A DNA stretch of 64,000 nt, taken from the IMG/VR virus record IMGVR_UViG_3300028888_000049; one strand, written 5' to 3'. A program made the translations under genes and the position numbers. The DNA comes from a virus. Taxonomy: Duplodnaviria; Caudoviricetes. Below the pieces are notes generated by a model. That model saw only the letters and a program-made list of their open reading frames with translations. It was not told where the DNA came from and ran no database searches. Below are positions 1 through 9,880 of the stretch, one piece after another. Position 1 is the first letter of the stretch. Every line of letters starts with the position of its first letter.

Positions 1-2297
1 GCACTACCACCACTATATGTATCGCCTGGAGTTGTATTACTAGCAGTCTGAGCAGTCATTCCTTCAATATTACCTAATTGTTCAGATGTAGTAGCTTCAA
101 TAGAAGGTGTAGAAGAAGCCGTACTCATTGCAACCTTACCAATATCTGGAGTACCTAAATTCTTATTACCAGGATCTACCATAGAATATTTACCAGTTCT
201 AGCATCCATTTTGGCAATAGTTCCAAAATGATTTCCAGAACGATCATATTCAACATGTAACCATTTTGTATTACCACTAGTTTCCATAATAGCTCTATCA
301 AATGGAATATTATTTTGTTGCATAAAAGCTATTACTTCATTAGGATTCATACCAGAAACTTGAATATCTGCAGCTCTACCAGTTAAATGTTTAGATCTAG
401 AAACACCACCAACTTGCTGATTATATCTAGGATTTCTATATGAAGATGTAACTGTAACTTTATTACCTTTTCCAGTTTTGTCTAAAGCGCTCTGTAATGG
501 ATCAATTAAATCACTTCTTACTGCTTGTACATTATCTAAAATGTATTCTGGAGTATTTGATAAATCATTTCTTGTATAAAATGATCTATTTAAAGGTACA
601 TGACCGTTTGTAAGATTAGCTTTGATAGAAAAACTACTCGGAGCATCATTTTGAGCAACTGAATCTTTTTCTAATGGAATATAATCACCAACATCTCTTG
701 TATACGGAGTGTAATTCTGAGTATTTTGTTTTATTTGAGTATAATTCTGATTAAGACCAATAGCTTTTGTATCTATTCCTGAATCTTTTAATGTATTTAT
801 ACTGTTATTATATAATTGTTGCTTTTCTTGGATTTCTTCTAATCTTTTTTGGTTGTCAAATCTATTATTATCTAATCCTAATTTTTCAACAATCCATGGT
901 CCTAACTTTGGCCATTCTGATAATAAATACGTCTTTAAACCTAATTTTATAGCATCTACAATAAAACCCATACCTTCTGTAATTATAGGAGTTATCTTTT
1001 GCATTGCTGATGTTATTACCGGTTTAGCTAATTCTACAGCTTTATCAACAAATGGTTTTATTTTATCCCAATTCTTTGAAAGAAAATATCCAATAACACT
1101 TGTAGCGGCAACTAATCCAGCAATTTGTACAAAACTCTTTAACTTACTGAATAATTTAGTAATAAAACTATCTTCTTTATTTTTATCTTTATCTTCGTCA
1201 CTTTTCTTTACTAATTTATTTAAACTTTCACGTATTGACTCTAATATACCTCTAGTTTTTCTAATTTCTGTCTCTTCAATAGCAGATGCATTCTGTTTAC
1301 TTTTCTTTTTATTACCAAATAACTTATTACCTAGCCAACCAAGTCCTTTACCAAGTAAACCACCACCGAGTACTCCAGCTAAACCCCATAATGGACCACC
1401 GAAATAAGCACCAGTAGCTGCTCCAGCTAAAGCTCCTCCTAAAGGATTAGAAATAGCTCCAAGAGTTGAACCAACTAAACCAGCTCCAGTCTCACCAAGT
1501 CCCCAAAGTCCTTTAATACCAGCTATACTAGCTTTTGTAGCACTAATTCCAGCTTTAGTAATACCTTTTGTTGCACCCCATAATCCAGTTAAAGCTTTAT
1601 TAACACCTAATGCTTGTAAAAGTACAGGATTAATTACACCACCAGTTAATGCTGATAATACAGTATTTGTTAAAACACCCTTTGTTGTTATCTGTGCTCC
1701 AACAGGACCCATCGCTGCATTTACAAGACTTGAACCAGCTCCATATAAATTATTAAAAGTAGAAAGTGTATTATTAACTACACCGTTAACACCACTTAAT
1801 GTAGTTTTTATTCCAGATCTTGTTGTTTTTAAAGAACGTCCTAATAAAGTATTATTAAAAGCTTTTGTTAAAGCATCAACTTTAGATCCATATGATAATA
1901 ATTGTTTAATTCTTTTTTTACGAAGTTCTGCTTCTTCACCAGCTCTCCGTAATTGATATCTTGCTAATTGTTTTTTAATTTCACTTGTATCTTTTAATAA
2001 ACTATTTTGTTCAGCTAAATGTTCTTTTCTTAATTTAACAATTTCATTCTGTAGAGCTTTATTAGCATTTATTAATTCTTTATTTTCATTTGATAAGCGT
2101 TTTGTCTTCAAATCTTCGCGTTTTGAAGAATTATCTATTTTTTTACTATTAGTTTCTAGCTTTCTTAATATATTCTCATAACGTGCCGCTTCTACTTGTT
2201 CTGTATCCCAAGCTTTCTGCTCATTAGTTCTTCTTTTATATTCTCCACCAGGACGTTGAGAAGGAGGTACATTTATTTTGCCAGTATTTTGAGTCAT
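1..2297 (-). CDS. Tape-measure-like tail protein with peptidase M15A (Zn D-Ala-D-Ala peptidase-like) domain; truncated by the window edge
   Basis: Absent from the ORF track because it runs off the edge. Hand translation from ATG at 2297 gives MTQNTGKINVPP..., a coiled coil, a G/A/L-rich amphipathic region, then VTSSYRNPRYNQQVGGVSRSKHLTGRAADI...WLHVEY (M15A R..H..D..H motif). It follows the tail tube and chaperone genes. Confidence 0.75.
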   Translation of the reverse strand, partial: MTQNTGKINVPPSQRPGGEYKRRTNEQKAWDTEQVEAARYENILRKLETNSKKIDNSSKREDLKTKRLSNENKELINANKALQNEIVKLRKEHLAEQNSLLKDTSEIKKQLARYQLRRAGEEAELRKKRIKQLLSYGSKVDALTKAFNNTLLGRSLKTTRSGIKTTLSGVNGVVNNTLSTFNNLYGAGSSLVNAAMGPVGAQITTKGVLTNTVLSALTGGVINPVLLQALGVNKALTGLWGATKGITKAGISATKASIAGIKGLWGLGETGAGLVGSTLGAISNPLGGALAGAATGAYFGGPLWGLAGVLGGGLLGKGLGWLGNKLFGNKKKSKQNASAIEETEIRKTRGILESIRESLNKLVKKSDEDKDKNKEDSFITKLFSKLKSFVQIAGLVAATSVIGYFLSKNWDKIKPFVDKAVELAKPVITSAMQKITPIITEGMGFIVDAIKLGLKTYLLSEWPKLGPWIVEKLGLDNNRFDNQKRLEEIQEKQQLYNNSINTLKDSGIDTKAIGLNQNYTQIKQNTQNYTPYTRDVGDYIPLEKDSVAQNDAPSSFSIKANLTNGHVPLNRSFYTRNDLSNTPEYILDNVQAVRSDLIDPLQSALDKTGKGNKVTVTSSYRNPRYNQQVGGVSRSKHLTGRAADIQVSGMNPNEVIAFMQQNNIPFDRAIMETSGNTKWLHVEYDRSGNHFGTIAKMDARTGKYSMVDPGNKNLGTPDIGKVAMSTASSTPSIEATTSEQLGNIEGMTAQTASNTTPGDTYSGGS

Positions 2298-2299
2298 CT

Positions 2300-2482
2300 T
2301 TAAATAAACTTATTCTGTTGTTCATCACGCTCTTTTTGAAGATCAATTAGATGTTGATTATGGCGATTATAAAACCATTCAAACTGATCAAATGGCATGT
2401 TGCATATATCCATAAAAGATACATGCAACCGATCCATTAACCACCATTCTCTTTCTAAGATGTCATTTAAATCAAAATACGG
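2300..2482 (-). CDS. Frameshift extension of the tail chaperone (T4 gp51-like / lambda gpT-like segment)
   Basis: 60 open codons PYFDLNDILEREWWLMDRLHVSFMDICNMPFDQFEWFYNRHNQHLIDLQKERDEQQNKFI* begin right after the U7 run at the end of the upstream ORF. The stop lies 2 nt before the tape-measure ATG. Confidence 0.7.
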   Translation of the reverse strand, partial: PYFDLNDILEREWWLMDRLHVSFMDICNMPFDQFEWFYNRHNQHLIDLQKERDEQQNKFI

Positions 2483-3197
2483 AAAAAAAGGCTTCTAGAG
2501 GTAGCGTGAATTCTCTAGTTTCCTCCTTTCCACATTTCGGACATCTTACTAATATCTCCTCTTTAACACCCCATACATTCTTTACAAACCACTCTTCAAT
2601 AGTCATAATATCTTGTGGTGTGATTGTTCCATCTTCTGCTAATTTCCAAAGATCCATTAAATATTTACCATCAGAAATTAAACATAAGTCTAACAATAAT
2701 AATCTTGTATAAGGATCATCGTCTAAATGTAATTTTCTAATAATTTCATCAATCTCAAGATCATCTCTCATAATTTTATTACGAATATGTACTTCACCAA
2801 GATTATCTAATGTAATTGTATCAGTACGTCCTTCAATATCAGTAGGTTCGAGAATATTTAAACTACTCATATCTAATTCAACTTTAATTTTTTCACCACA
2901 CTCTGAACAATCAAAATTTAATTTTAAAGGATAACGAGTATATGTTAAAAATCTAATACGATAAAGAATATACTGTACATCAAACCAATACAATTCTTCA
3001 AATGTCATCTCAGGATTAGAAAAAATAACTAATCTCTTAAGAAAATTAATATAATCTTTATTATCCTTCTGCTGTTTATTAGCTAAAGAAATAATATACT
3101 TAACTTCTACAGGTGTAATCGCTCTTAAACTTACTGAAAACTCTTTTGTATATGCACTCTTTCCAGGTAAATCAATCGCTTGTGTATGTATTGGCAT
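2472..3197 (-). CDS. Baseplate hub / tail assembly chaperone (T4 gp26-like)
   Basis: LPGK near the N-terminus, DVQYILYRIR, two CxxC pairs (CSEC, CPKC), C-terminal LEAFF; located between tail tube and tape measure genes. Confidence 0.7.
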   Translation of the reverse strand: MPIHTQAIDLPGKSAYTKEFSVSLRAITPVEVKYIISLANKQQKDNKDYINFLKRLVIFSNPEMTFEELYWFDVQYILYRIRFLTYTRYPLKLNFDCSECGEKIKVELDMSSLNILEPTDIEGRTDTITLDNLGEVHIRNKIMRDDLEIDEIIRKLHLDDDPYTRLLLLDLCLISDGKYLMDLWKLAEDGTITPQDIMTIEEWFVKNVWGVKEEILVRCPKCGKEETREFTLPLEAFFSVF

Positions 3198-3215
3198 TAA
3201 AAAATCTCCTTTTAT

Positions 3216-3926
3216 TTAACTATATGTCTTTGTTACATTATAATCACTATTCGGTGAAATTGTATTGGTCAAACTACTAATAGCATTATCAACAATACTA
3301 GAAGGAGCTGTAACCATCTCTTTAATAATAGAACTAGTTTTATAAGACTTATCTATAACTATTTTATCACACTTAAAAATCTGCAATATGCGTAATCTCT
3401 TAGGGTTATCATCATAACTCAATTTATAACTATCTTGAGTACTAGGCCAGCATCCTACAAGTGTATAATGAGCAATTGGTGATAAAGCTACTCCGATATT
3501 GGCTGTTCCATAAAAGTAAACTTCGATATTCTTCTTATAATATGCCATTGTATTATAATATTCGCCTTCGTCATTAAAGACTAAACTCTTCCAAGTATCA
3601 AGATAATACTGTGTAAGCATACCAGAAGAACAAAACATTGTAATAGAGACATCCTGATAATTTTCTATATCACTAGGTACATTACACCAACCAGTACGAA
3701 CACGTCTTGTATCTGACTTAAAGTTACGTACACCAAAAGTAATTTCTTCTACAATAGGAGTATAAGAACCACCAGAAAGATTATTAGCTAATCCTGCTAA
3801 AGAAGTCCAACTTGTTTCTTGATTCGACGTCAATTGAAGTGTAGGCATAATGACTTCCCATTGATCCGTTGACTGCGAATCAGGAATCAAGTCGATTGCG
3901 AGTTGACTCTGAAATCTCAAACTCAT
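3216..3926 (-). CDS. Tail tube-like protein (gp19/gp54 fold)
   Basis: YLDTWKSLVF..GEY...YYKKNIEV..YTLVGCWP pattern typical of tail tube proteins; gene context. Confidence 0.6.
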   Translation of the reverse strand: MSLRFQSQLAIDLIPDSQSTDQWEVIMPTLQLTSNQETSWTSLAGLANNLSGGSYTPIVEEITFGVRNFKSDTRRVRTGWCNVPSDIENYQDVSITMFCSSGMLTQYYLDTWKSLVFNDEGEYYNTMAYYKKNIEVYFYGTANIGVALSPIAHYTLVGCWPSTQDSYKLSYDDNPKRLRILQIFKCDKIVIDKSYKTSSIIKEMVTAPSSIVDNAISSLTNTISPNSDYNVTKTYS

Positions 3927-4735
3927 TCTTCACCTCCATGCTTTTTAAGCATACCTTTAACAAAACCCTCCGGTATAGGATCACCATCTTTCACTAAAAT
4001 TGTTACTATTCCATTATTATATTTTTTCTTACCTAATGCTGTTTTTAATGAAGATTTATCTTTAACAAATCTTCCTTTAACGAAGCCTTCTGGAATTGGA
4101 TCACCACACTTAACACGAATATTAATTATACCATTATTATAATATTCTGTATGTTTTGTAGCATTACTTCTTTGTAAATATGCTTCTTCACTAAGTAACA
4201 TACCGTTAATAAATCCTTCTGGACAAGTCTTAGCTTTTATTTGTATTACTCCATTATTATACCATTTATAATCTTTATTAGCTATAGAGATTTTCGATAA
4301 GCTTTCAGTATTAAATTTTCTTCCAATTAAAGATTTTCTGATCTTTTCTATACGACTTTTTTCTAATTTTTTACCAGATAAAGACTTAGATATTTTGCGT
4401 TTTGTTTCTTCTGTTAATTTACCTCTATAATTACCACCATTTTGAATATTATAGCCTTTATCAACTTCATTAGAATGGTATATTTCTGTTATATAATATC
4501 TTTCTAATCTTTCAGCCTCTTCTTTTGTTTCAACTTCATTTAAAATATCATGTTGAACATTTTTCCATCCATATTTTTGTATTGCACGCCAAACTAGTGG
4601 TTGTCCTAATATATTATTTTTAATACGATAATATCCACTTCCGTCTTTTCTCCATCTTCTTTCTGGTTTTTGACAGGTAATACCAATATAGACTTTATTA
4701 TTTGGAAAAGTATGTTTATAAACTGTATATACCAT
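3923..4735 (-). CDS. GIY-YIG homing endonuclease with NUMOD3-type repeats
   Basis: YTVYKHTFPNNKVYIGIT, AIQKYGW, GYNIQNGG, TEETKRKISKSL, and repeated YNNG...PEGFVKG modules. Confidence 0.85.
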   Translation of the reverse strand: MVYTVYKHTFPNNKVYIGITCQKPERRWRKDGSGYYRIKNNILGQPLVWRAIQKYGWKNVQHDILNEVETKEEAERLERYYITEIYHSNEVDKGYNIQNGGNYRGKLTEETKRKISKSLSGKKLEKSRIEKIRKSLIGRKFNTESLSKISIANKDYKWYNNGVIQIKAKTCPEGFINGMLLSEEAYLQRSNATKHTEYYNNGIINIRVKCGDPIPEGFVKGRFVKDKSSLKTALGKKKYNNGIVTILVKDGDPIPEGFVKGMLKKHGGEE

Positions 4736-4746
4736 TTTTCTTCCTT

Positions 4747-5355
4747 TTAATTAGTAAATGACCATAACGAATATGAATTATCTGCATAATAGTCATAATT
4801 AAATTCTACTTCGATTTCTACAGCTTCAGAACTAGAAGGATCAATATCTGGTAGTTTAAGTGAGATAGGATAAACCCCTCTGAGCCATAAAATTTTTTTG
4901 TCAAGCTTAGTAGATACATTGCCTCCTTCGTCGCTTCCTCCTATCACAACTTTAACTGTTGTTACAAATGCATTTTGTGGAGTACGATTCCCTAACAATG
5001 GAGCATTAATTATATCTAACCAAGCCTGTAATATATTATGAACAGAGCCATTAAAGTCTTCGGTAATCTTTAATTTCCATGTACCAGATCTATCTTGCCA
5101 AGTTGGTCTTGTTCTTTTATGTCCAAAAAGTATAAGTTCATGAGTCTTCATTTTAGAAGATGGCAATGAATATGATGTACAGCGTAGACGTAATTCTTTT
5201 GATGTAGCTAATGTAGTATTACCAGATATACGACCTGCTACTTTTTGAGTAAGTTTAGATAATAAGAGAGCTGGATTCTCTTGTAAATAAAATTCAATTT
5301 GACTTTTTTTGAGCGGATCTTTTAACGCTCTTATTTCATCTAAAATTCTAAGCAT
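4747..5355 (-). CDS. Tail tube-like protein (gp19 fold)
   Basis: CTSYSLPS...WKLKITED...LQAWLDII...LRGVYPISL...EVEFNYDYY. Confidence 0.65.
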   Translation of the reverse strand: MLRILDEIRALKDPLKKSQIEFYLQENPALLLSKLTQKVAGRISGNTTLATSKELRLRCTSYSLPSSKMKTHELILFGHKRTRPTWQDRSGTWKLKITEDFNGSVHNILQAWLDIINAPLLGNRTPQNAFVTTVKVVIGGSDEGGNVSTKLDKKILWLRGVYPISLKLPDIDPSSSEAVEIEVEFNYDYYADNSYSLWSFTN

Positions 5356-5450
5356 ATAAATAACTTTTTGTATAATGGAATATAAGTACTAGTTATTTAT
5401 ATAGAACTTATTTAAAGATATTGATTTTCTTAGGTGTGAATTGAGTGTTT

Positions 5451-6677
5451 TTATTTAATGTATTTGTGTAACGTATCCATTAAGTTTATACCATTTTTTA
5501 TAGCTTCTGGTATAGTTTTATTATAATTCATTAAATTTATTTTATGATCGTATATATAATTGTTATTTTCATGGACATTATCACCCATTGCACTTATAAT
5601 TAAATCAGCCTTGATAAAATCTATAGGATCATCTAATTTTGGACTAGAATGTGTTGAAGTATCAGTGAGTCTCATAACACCTCTATTTATATAAACAGTT
5701 CTATTACGTGCATTTGGATCACCGACAATTTCTACAATAGAAGAAGTAGGTAATATTCTTACCTTTTTCCTATATAATTCTAATAGTGTATCTTCTGAAA
5801 TTTTCATATCACAAATATGTCTTCTTACAATCATATAAACATTACAATCTGATTCTAATATTACCTCTTTTGCAGCTAAAGCACAGTCTGCAGCTATCTC
5901 TCCTCCACCGACTATTAGTATATTATGCATAATAGATCTAATTGAAGTCTTTAAACGTTCTAAATAATCTTTATTTAAAAACTGATCATATGTTAATATA
6001 TTTTTATTTCCTACAACGTCTACCTTTTTAGGATTACTTTTCATTGTACTATTAATTACATAATCTTCATTTGCAAAATCACTAAAATTTAACTTCTTTT
6101 CAGAATTAAGATATACTGCAACTCTATCTGTATCTAATATACGATAAACTTCTTTTCTAAAAATATCTAAATTAAATCTGAAATCTGGTATTAAATTCAT
6201 TTTACCGCCTAGCTTATCAGAGCTTTCATATATATTAACTTTATATCCTAACATTAAAGCTCTCCAAGCAGCAGATAGTCCACAAACACCTCCGCCTATA
6301 ATATTTATTGTTTCAGATCTTAATGGAATATTCTCATAACCATTATAACTAAATGTATTATCTTTTAAGATTTTAGCTTGTATAGCTCTTATATCAATAC
6401 TACCACTACCGAGCATTTCTTTATTTTGTATGCAACTTCTCATACAAAAAGTTTTAGGGCATAAATACCCACAGGTTTCAGCAAATGGATTAATACTATA
6501 TAAATAATTAACAGCTTCTTCTATTTTACCGTCTTTATATAAAGCAATAAATCTTTTAGGCTCTAATCCTACAATACAATCTTCACTACAACGATCTACT
6601 TTACAATTAAAGCATCTATTAACTTCATTTTTTATATAGCTATCATTAATATCAATCATTTCTAATTCCATATGCAA
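5451..6677 (-). CDS. Fe-S flavoprotein oxidoreductase, GltD/PreT (dihydropyrimidine dehydrogenase subunit A)-like
   Basis: RCFNC..RCSEDC and NPF..TCGYLCP..CMRSC Fe-S motifs; IIGGGVCGLSAA (FAD) and IVGGGEIAADCA (NAD(P)) Rossmann motifs. The true start is probably ATG 6659. Confidence 0.8.
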   Translation of the reverse strand: MHMELEMIDINDSYIKNEVNRCFNCKVDRCSEDCIVGLEPKRFIALYKDGKIEEAVNYLYSINPFAETCGYLCPKTFCMRSCIQNKEMLGSGSIDIRAIQAKILKDNTFSYNGYENIPLRSETINIIGGGVCGLSAAWRALMLGYKVNIYESSDKLGGKMNLIPDFRFNLDIFRKEVYRILDTDRVAVYLNSEKKLNFSDFANEDYVINSTMKSNPKKVDVVGNKNILTYDQFLNKDYLERLKTSIRSIMHNILIVGGGEIAADCALAAKEVILESDCNVYMIVRRHICDMKISEDTLLELYRKKVRILPTSSIVEIVGDPNARNRTVYINRGVMRLTDTSTHSSPKLDDPIDFIKADLIISAMGDNVHENNNYIYDHKINLMNYNKTIPEAIKNGINLMDTLHKYIK

Positions 6678-7068
6678 TATTTAACAGATCTTCATTTTTC
6701 CTAACAAATTTAAAAACATCATAAACTCTTTTTATTTTAACTAAGCGAGATTCTAATTCTTTCTTTATTTTACTTTTATTATAATATAGATAAACATTAG
6801 TATCATCAGTTATATTTAAACGCATTAATGCAAAACTAAATGAATATCTTTTAACATAATACTTTTTAATATCACAAATGAGTGTACTAATATAAATTGA
6901 TTCATCATCTGATTCTTCTAATACAGTATTCTTATCTAAACCAAGTTTTTCTGATTTATCAAATACTCTATAACCGACGTCAGATGACTCTTGATGAAAA
7001 TCTTTTTCAAACACTATAAATTTTTCACCAGTTTCTTTATGTGTTAATAATACATACCTATTGTTCAT
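6652..7068 (-). CDS. Hypothetical protein
   Basis: 138 aa ORF overlapping both neighbours in operon fashion. Confidence 0.6.
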   Translation of the reverse strand: MNNRYVLLTHKETGEKFIVFEKDFHQESSDVGYRVFDKSEKLGLDKNTVLEESDDESIYISTLICDIKKYYVKRYSFSFALMRLNITDDTNVYLYYNKSKIKKELESRLVKIKRVYDVFKFVRKNEDLLNIAYGIRND

Positions 7069-7318
7069 ATCTCTTAATCTCTAATAACAGCTTACAAACT
7101 AAACAAATAGCATATAAAGAATATCCAATAAATAAAAGACCTAATATCCCAAATATTATACTACCATAAATAAAATCTACTACTGTTAAAATAGATAACA
7201 CGATCAACAAAATCATATTTAAACACAACTGAAATGTTAAATTAGATTTATATTCGCCAAAATCTCTTTTCATATATTTTATTCTCCTTTTATCAAATTT
7301 TATATATTCATAACACAT
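7058..7318 (-). CDS. Small membrane protein (2 TM)
   Basis: Two hydrophobic segments; overlaps the downstream ORF. Confidence 0.55.
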   Translation of the reverse strand: MCYEYIKFDKRRIKYMKRDFGEYKSNLTFQLCLNMILLIVLSILTVVDFIYGSIIFGILGLLFIGYSLYAICLVCKLLLEIKRYEQ

Positions 7319-7349
7319 CTTATCACGATTGTAAAGTCAAAAATAAGCA

Positions 7350-7362
7350 GTTCTAATATATA
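7350..7362 (+). promoter_or_regulatory. GTTCTA-N5-TR phage promoter
   Basis: GTTCTA ATATA TA upstream of 7396. Confidence 0.65.
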
Positions 7363-7395
7363 AATAATCCCTATTAAAATAAAAAGAGTATATCT

Positions 7396-8361
7396 ATGCC
7401 TACAATAAACTTAAATATTCCAACAAATAGTCGTTTTCATTCAAGCCTTAATGAAGTTGATCTAGCAGTAAGAGAAGCACTTATACATTGTATGAGAACA
7501 GCCGATCCAAGAGATAAATCTGGAAAACAAGATAACATTACTAAAAATGAAAATGAATTTTTATGGGATCATTCAAGAATATTCTTAACTGATGATTTAA
7601 GTACTAAAGAAATAATGGATACATTCCTCTTACGTAAAAAAATAAATAATGAAGAAAATACAGACTTTTCATTCCCAGTACTCGCATTTAAAGAAGAATC
7701 AATAGAAACAGTATTCTGGGGAACAGGTAATAGATACGCTCAAAATTATATAGAAATACCATCAGAAACAAAAGACTTTGAAATAGGTGATGAAGTAATA
7801 ATAAAAAGATACGGTCCATACTATGGTCAAACCGCTACAATACAAAACATAACAACATCCCTAACAGAACAATTATATAACTTATCAATAAATGGTAAAA
7901 TAATTCAAGAAAGACTACCTAACCTAAAATACAAAAATACAGACTTTCACCAACAAGACTTAAAACTAGCAGGACCAAAACTAGCTAAAGTCTATAAAGC
8001 TAAAGGCATAAAATCTACATACGAATGCGCAATACTAGCAGATAATAAAGATGAACTGCAATATATTAGAGACAGATACTTGTTGAAAATAGCTGACTCT
8101 AAAATATGGTTCATCTATTATTCTCCAACTATCAAGTCTAATAACCAAATATATACAGTCTTCGAAATACCAAATATAGACAAATATCCATCTGGTGAAG
8201 ATAGACTAAATGGAGAAGGATGGATTTACGGATCAGCTTTCAAAATTAACGTCTGGGCAGCTCTTACTGATGAACCTATTGATGCTAACTATATCGAGCA
8301 AATCAGACTTACTATCGAAGACGAAGCTAAGAGTTTCTATAATAGAAATATTATAAGCTAG
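7396..8361 (+). CDS. Putative virion neck/tail-completion protein with an inserted KOW/SH3-like segment
   Basis: 321 aa with own promoter motif at 7350; SFPVLAF motif; EIGDEVIIKRYGPYYGQTATI is KOW-like. Function inferred only. Confidence 0.4.
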   Translation: MPTINLNIPTNSRFHSSLNEVDLAVREALIHCMRTADPRDKSGKQDNITKNENEFLWDHSRIFLTDDLSTKEIMDTFLLRKKINNEENTDFSFPVLAFKEESIETVFWGTGNRYAQNYIEIPSETKDFEIGDEVIIKRYGPYYGQTATIQNITTSLTEQLYNLSINGKIIQERLPNLKYKNTDFHQQDLKLAGPKLAKVYKAKGIKSTYECAILADNKDELQYIRDRYLLKIADSKIWFIYYSPTIKSNNQIYTVFEIPNIDKYPSGEDRLNGEGWIYGSAFKINVWAALTDEPIDANYIEQIRLTIEDEAKSFYNRNIIS

Positions 8362-9805
8362 GTAAAGTTTCATACCACTTCATAAATTCGTCAATTGTAA
8401 AAAATTCCATCCAATTTAGATTATTCTTTTTGGCAGTTTCTCTTTTCAAAGGATCGCGAACCGTCCATGTATTAATAGCGGATATATACCAATTTTCATA
8501 ATTTTCTAATAGAACACTTTTTTCTTTCCACTTTGAAACAAGTTGTTGATGTTCTAATAAATTCTCATTATATGGACCTAAAATATTTTTACCATCTTTT
8601 CCATGAACAGGATAACCTTGATATTCAATATATAAATCCAATTCATTAATGTAAAAATCACAATAAAAAGGATAAACTTTAGATTTATATTGTCTTTCTA
8701 CAGTATATCCTTTATTAATTAGCAATTCATACATTTTATCCTCTTCTATAGAACTAAATATACCATTATGCTGTTTTTTACTTTCTAACATCTTTTTTAT
8801 GACTTCAGGATTTTGAGCTGGACTCTTATAACTTGTTTTTTCTTCATATGTATTTTGTCTTTTTATTTTAATATTAATAAGTTCTTCTGGTGTTTTATCT
8901 TGCCATGTTTGTTTTACACTTTGTACCCATTCTTTTGTCTGTGAATTATATGGAACACCGCTACGTTCTATCATTGTTTGTTTAGATTTTTCTTTTATTT
9001 CTTCTATTTGAAAAGCATTTATAACACCGTGCTTATCTAACCATTCTTTATTTTTTTGCTTATAATCATCAGAATTTAAATAATATTCTGTACCCCAATG
9101 TTCTTTATTAGTCTGCTTAATCTTTTTTTGAACTTCTGGTAAACCACCTGGATTTGTTACTCCATATGTATTCATACAACTTTCTTTTCTTTTAGCTTCT
9201 CTTAATTCTATCGGTTTAATAATATTAAATTTTAATGCATATTTTTTAAACTCACCTATACTCATATAAAAATGAGTAGCAGTTTCATACCTTGTATGAT
9301 TTTGATTGATATAATATTCTATAACTTCTTCTTTTGTAGGCTTTTTAAATGTTTTTTCTAATTTATATTTATCTACATATACTTCCAGTGTAGATTTATT
9401 CATATCTTTTAGAAATGCTATTACTCTTAATGGTATTTTATTATCTACATATAAAGTTCTTAATTCTTCTTCACTTATATAAGTATTATACTTTAATTTT
9501 ATATAATCTTTTATAAAACCATATTCTTTTAATTTTTTATATATTGTACTCTGATCATAATATAACAAATGTGCTATTTCTAATATAGATTTATTTTGAA
9601 TTACATATAATTGTTCTAAATTATCTTTATTTAAAGAAAGTATCTTTTTCTTAAGTTCAATAGGCTTTTTAAAACCATAATCTTTTAATAGCCTATCGAT
9701 AACATCAAACTCAGTATTTGTAAATCTTGCTAATTCTTCTTGTGTAAAATTATATAATATGAATAACTCATATATATTTTCTTTAGATAGTTCTTTAGAA
9801 AGCAT
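8351..9805 (-). CDS. Free-standing Vsr/PD-(D/E)xK-like putative homing endonuclease with N-terminal HTH-like repeats
   Basis: C-terminal SSIEE..VERQY...FYCDFYI..LYIEYQG...HG...RDPLKRETAKKNNLNW; repeated LYV..N.S units. Confidence 0.75.
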   Translation of the reverse strand: MLSKELSKENIYELFILYNFTQEELARFTNTEFDVIDRLLKDYGFKKPIELKKKILSLNKDNLEQLYVIQNKSILEIAHLLYYDQSTIYKKLKEYGFIKDYIKLKYNTYISEEELRTLYVDNKIPLRVIAFLKDMNKSTLEVYVDKYKLEKTFKKPTKEEVIEYYINQNHTRYETATHFYMSIGEFKKYALKFNIIKPIELREAKRKESCMNTYGVTNPGGLPEVQKKIKQTNKEHWGTEYYLNSDDYKQKNKEWLDKHGVINAFQIEEIKEKSKQTMIERSGVPYNSQTKEWVQSVKQTWQDKTPEELINIKIKRQNTYEEKTSYKSPAQNPEVIKKMLESKKQHNGIFSSIEEDKMYELLINKGYTVERQYKSKVYPFYCDFYINELDLYIEYQGYPVHGKDGKNILGPYNENLLEHQQLVSKWKEKSVLLENYENWYISAINTWTVRDPLKRETAKKNNLNWMEFFTIDEFMKWYETLPSL

Positions 9806-9880
9806 TTTATAATCTCCTTTTTAAGTACTCTATTTATTAGAACCCTATGGATTACAAAATACTTACAAAAAATTAAAAAA

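Noticed and set aside
767-1407. Plus-strand ORFs 767..952 and 853..1407 and similar short antisense ORFs (e.g. 2506, 19075, 47416, 56014, 61563)
   Set aside because: Shadow ORFs opposite well-supported genes, with no RBS or recognisable motifs.
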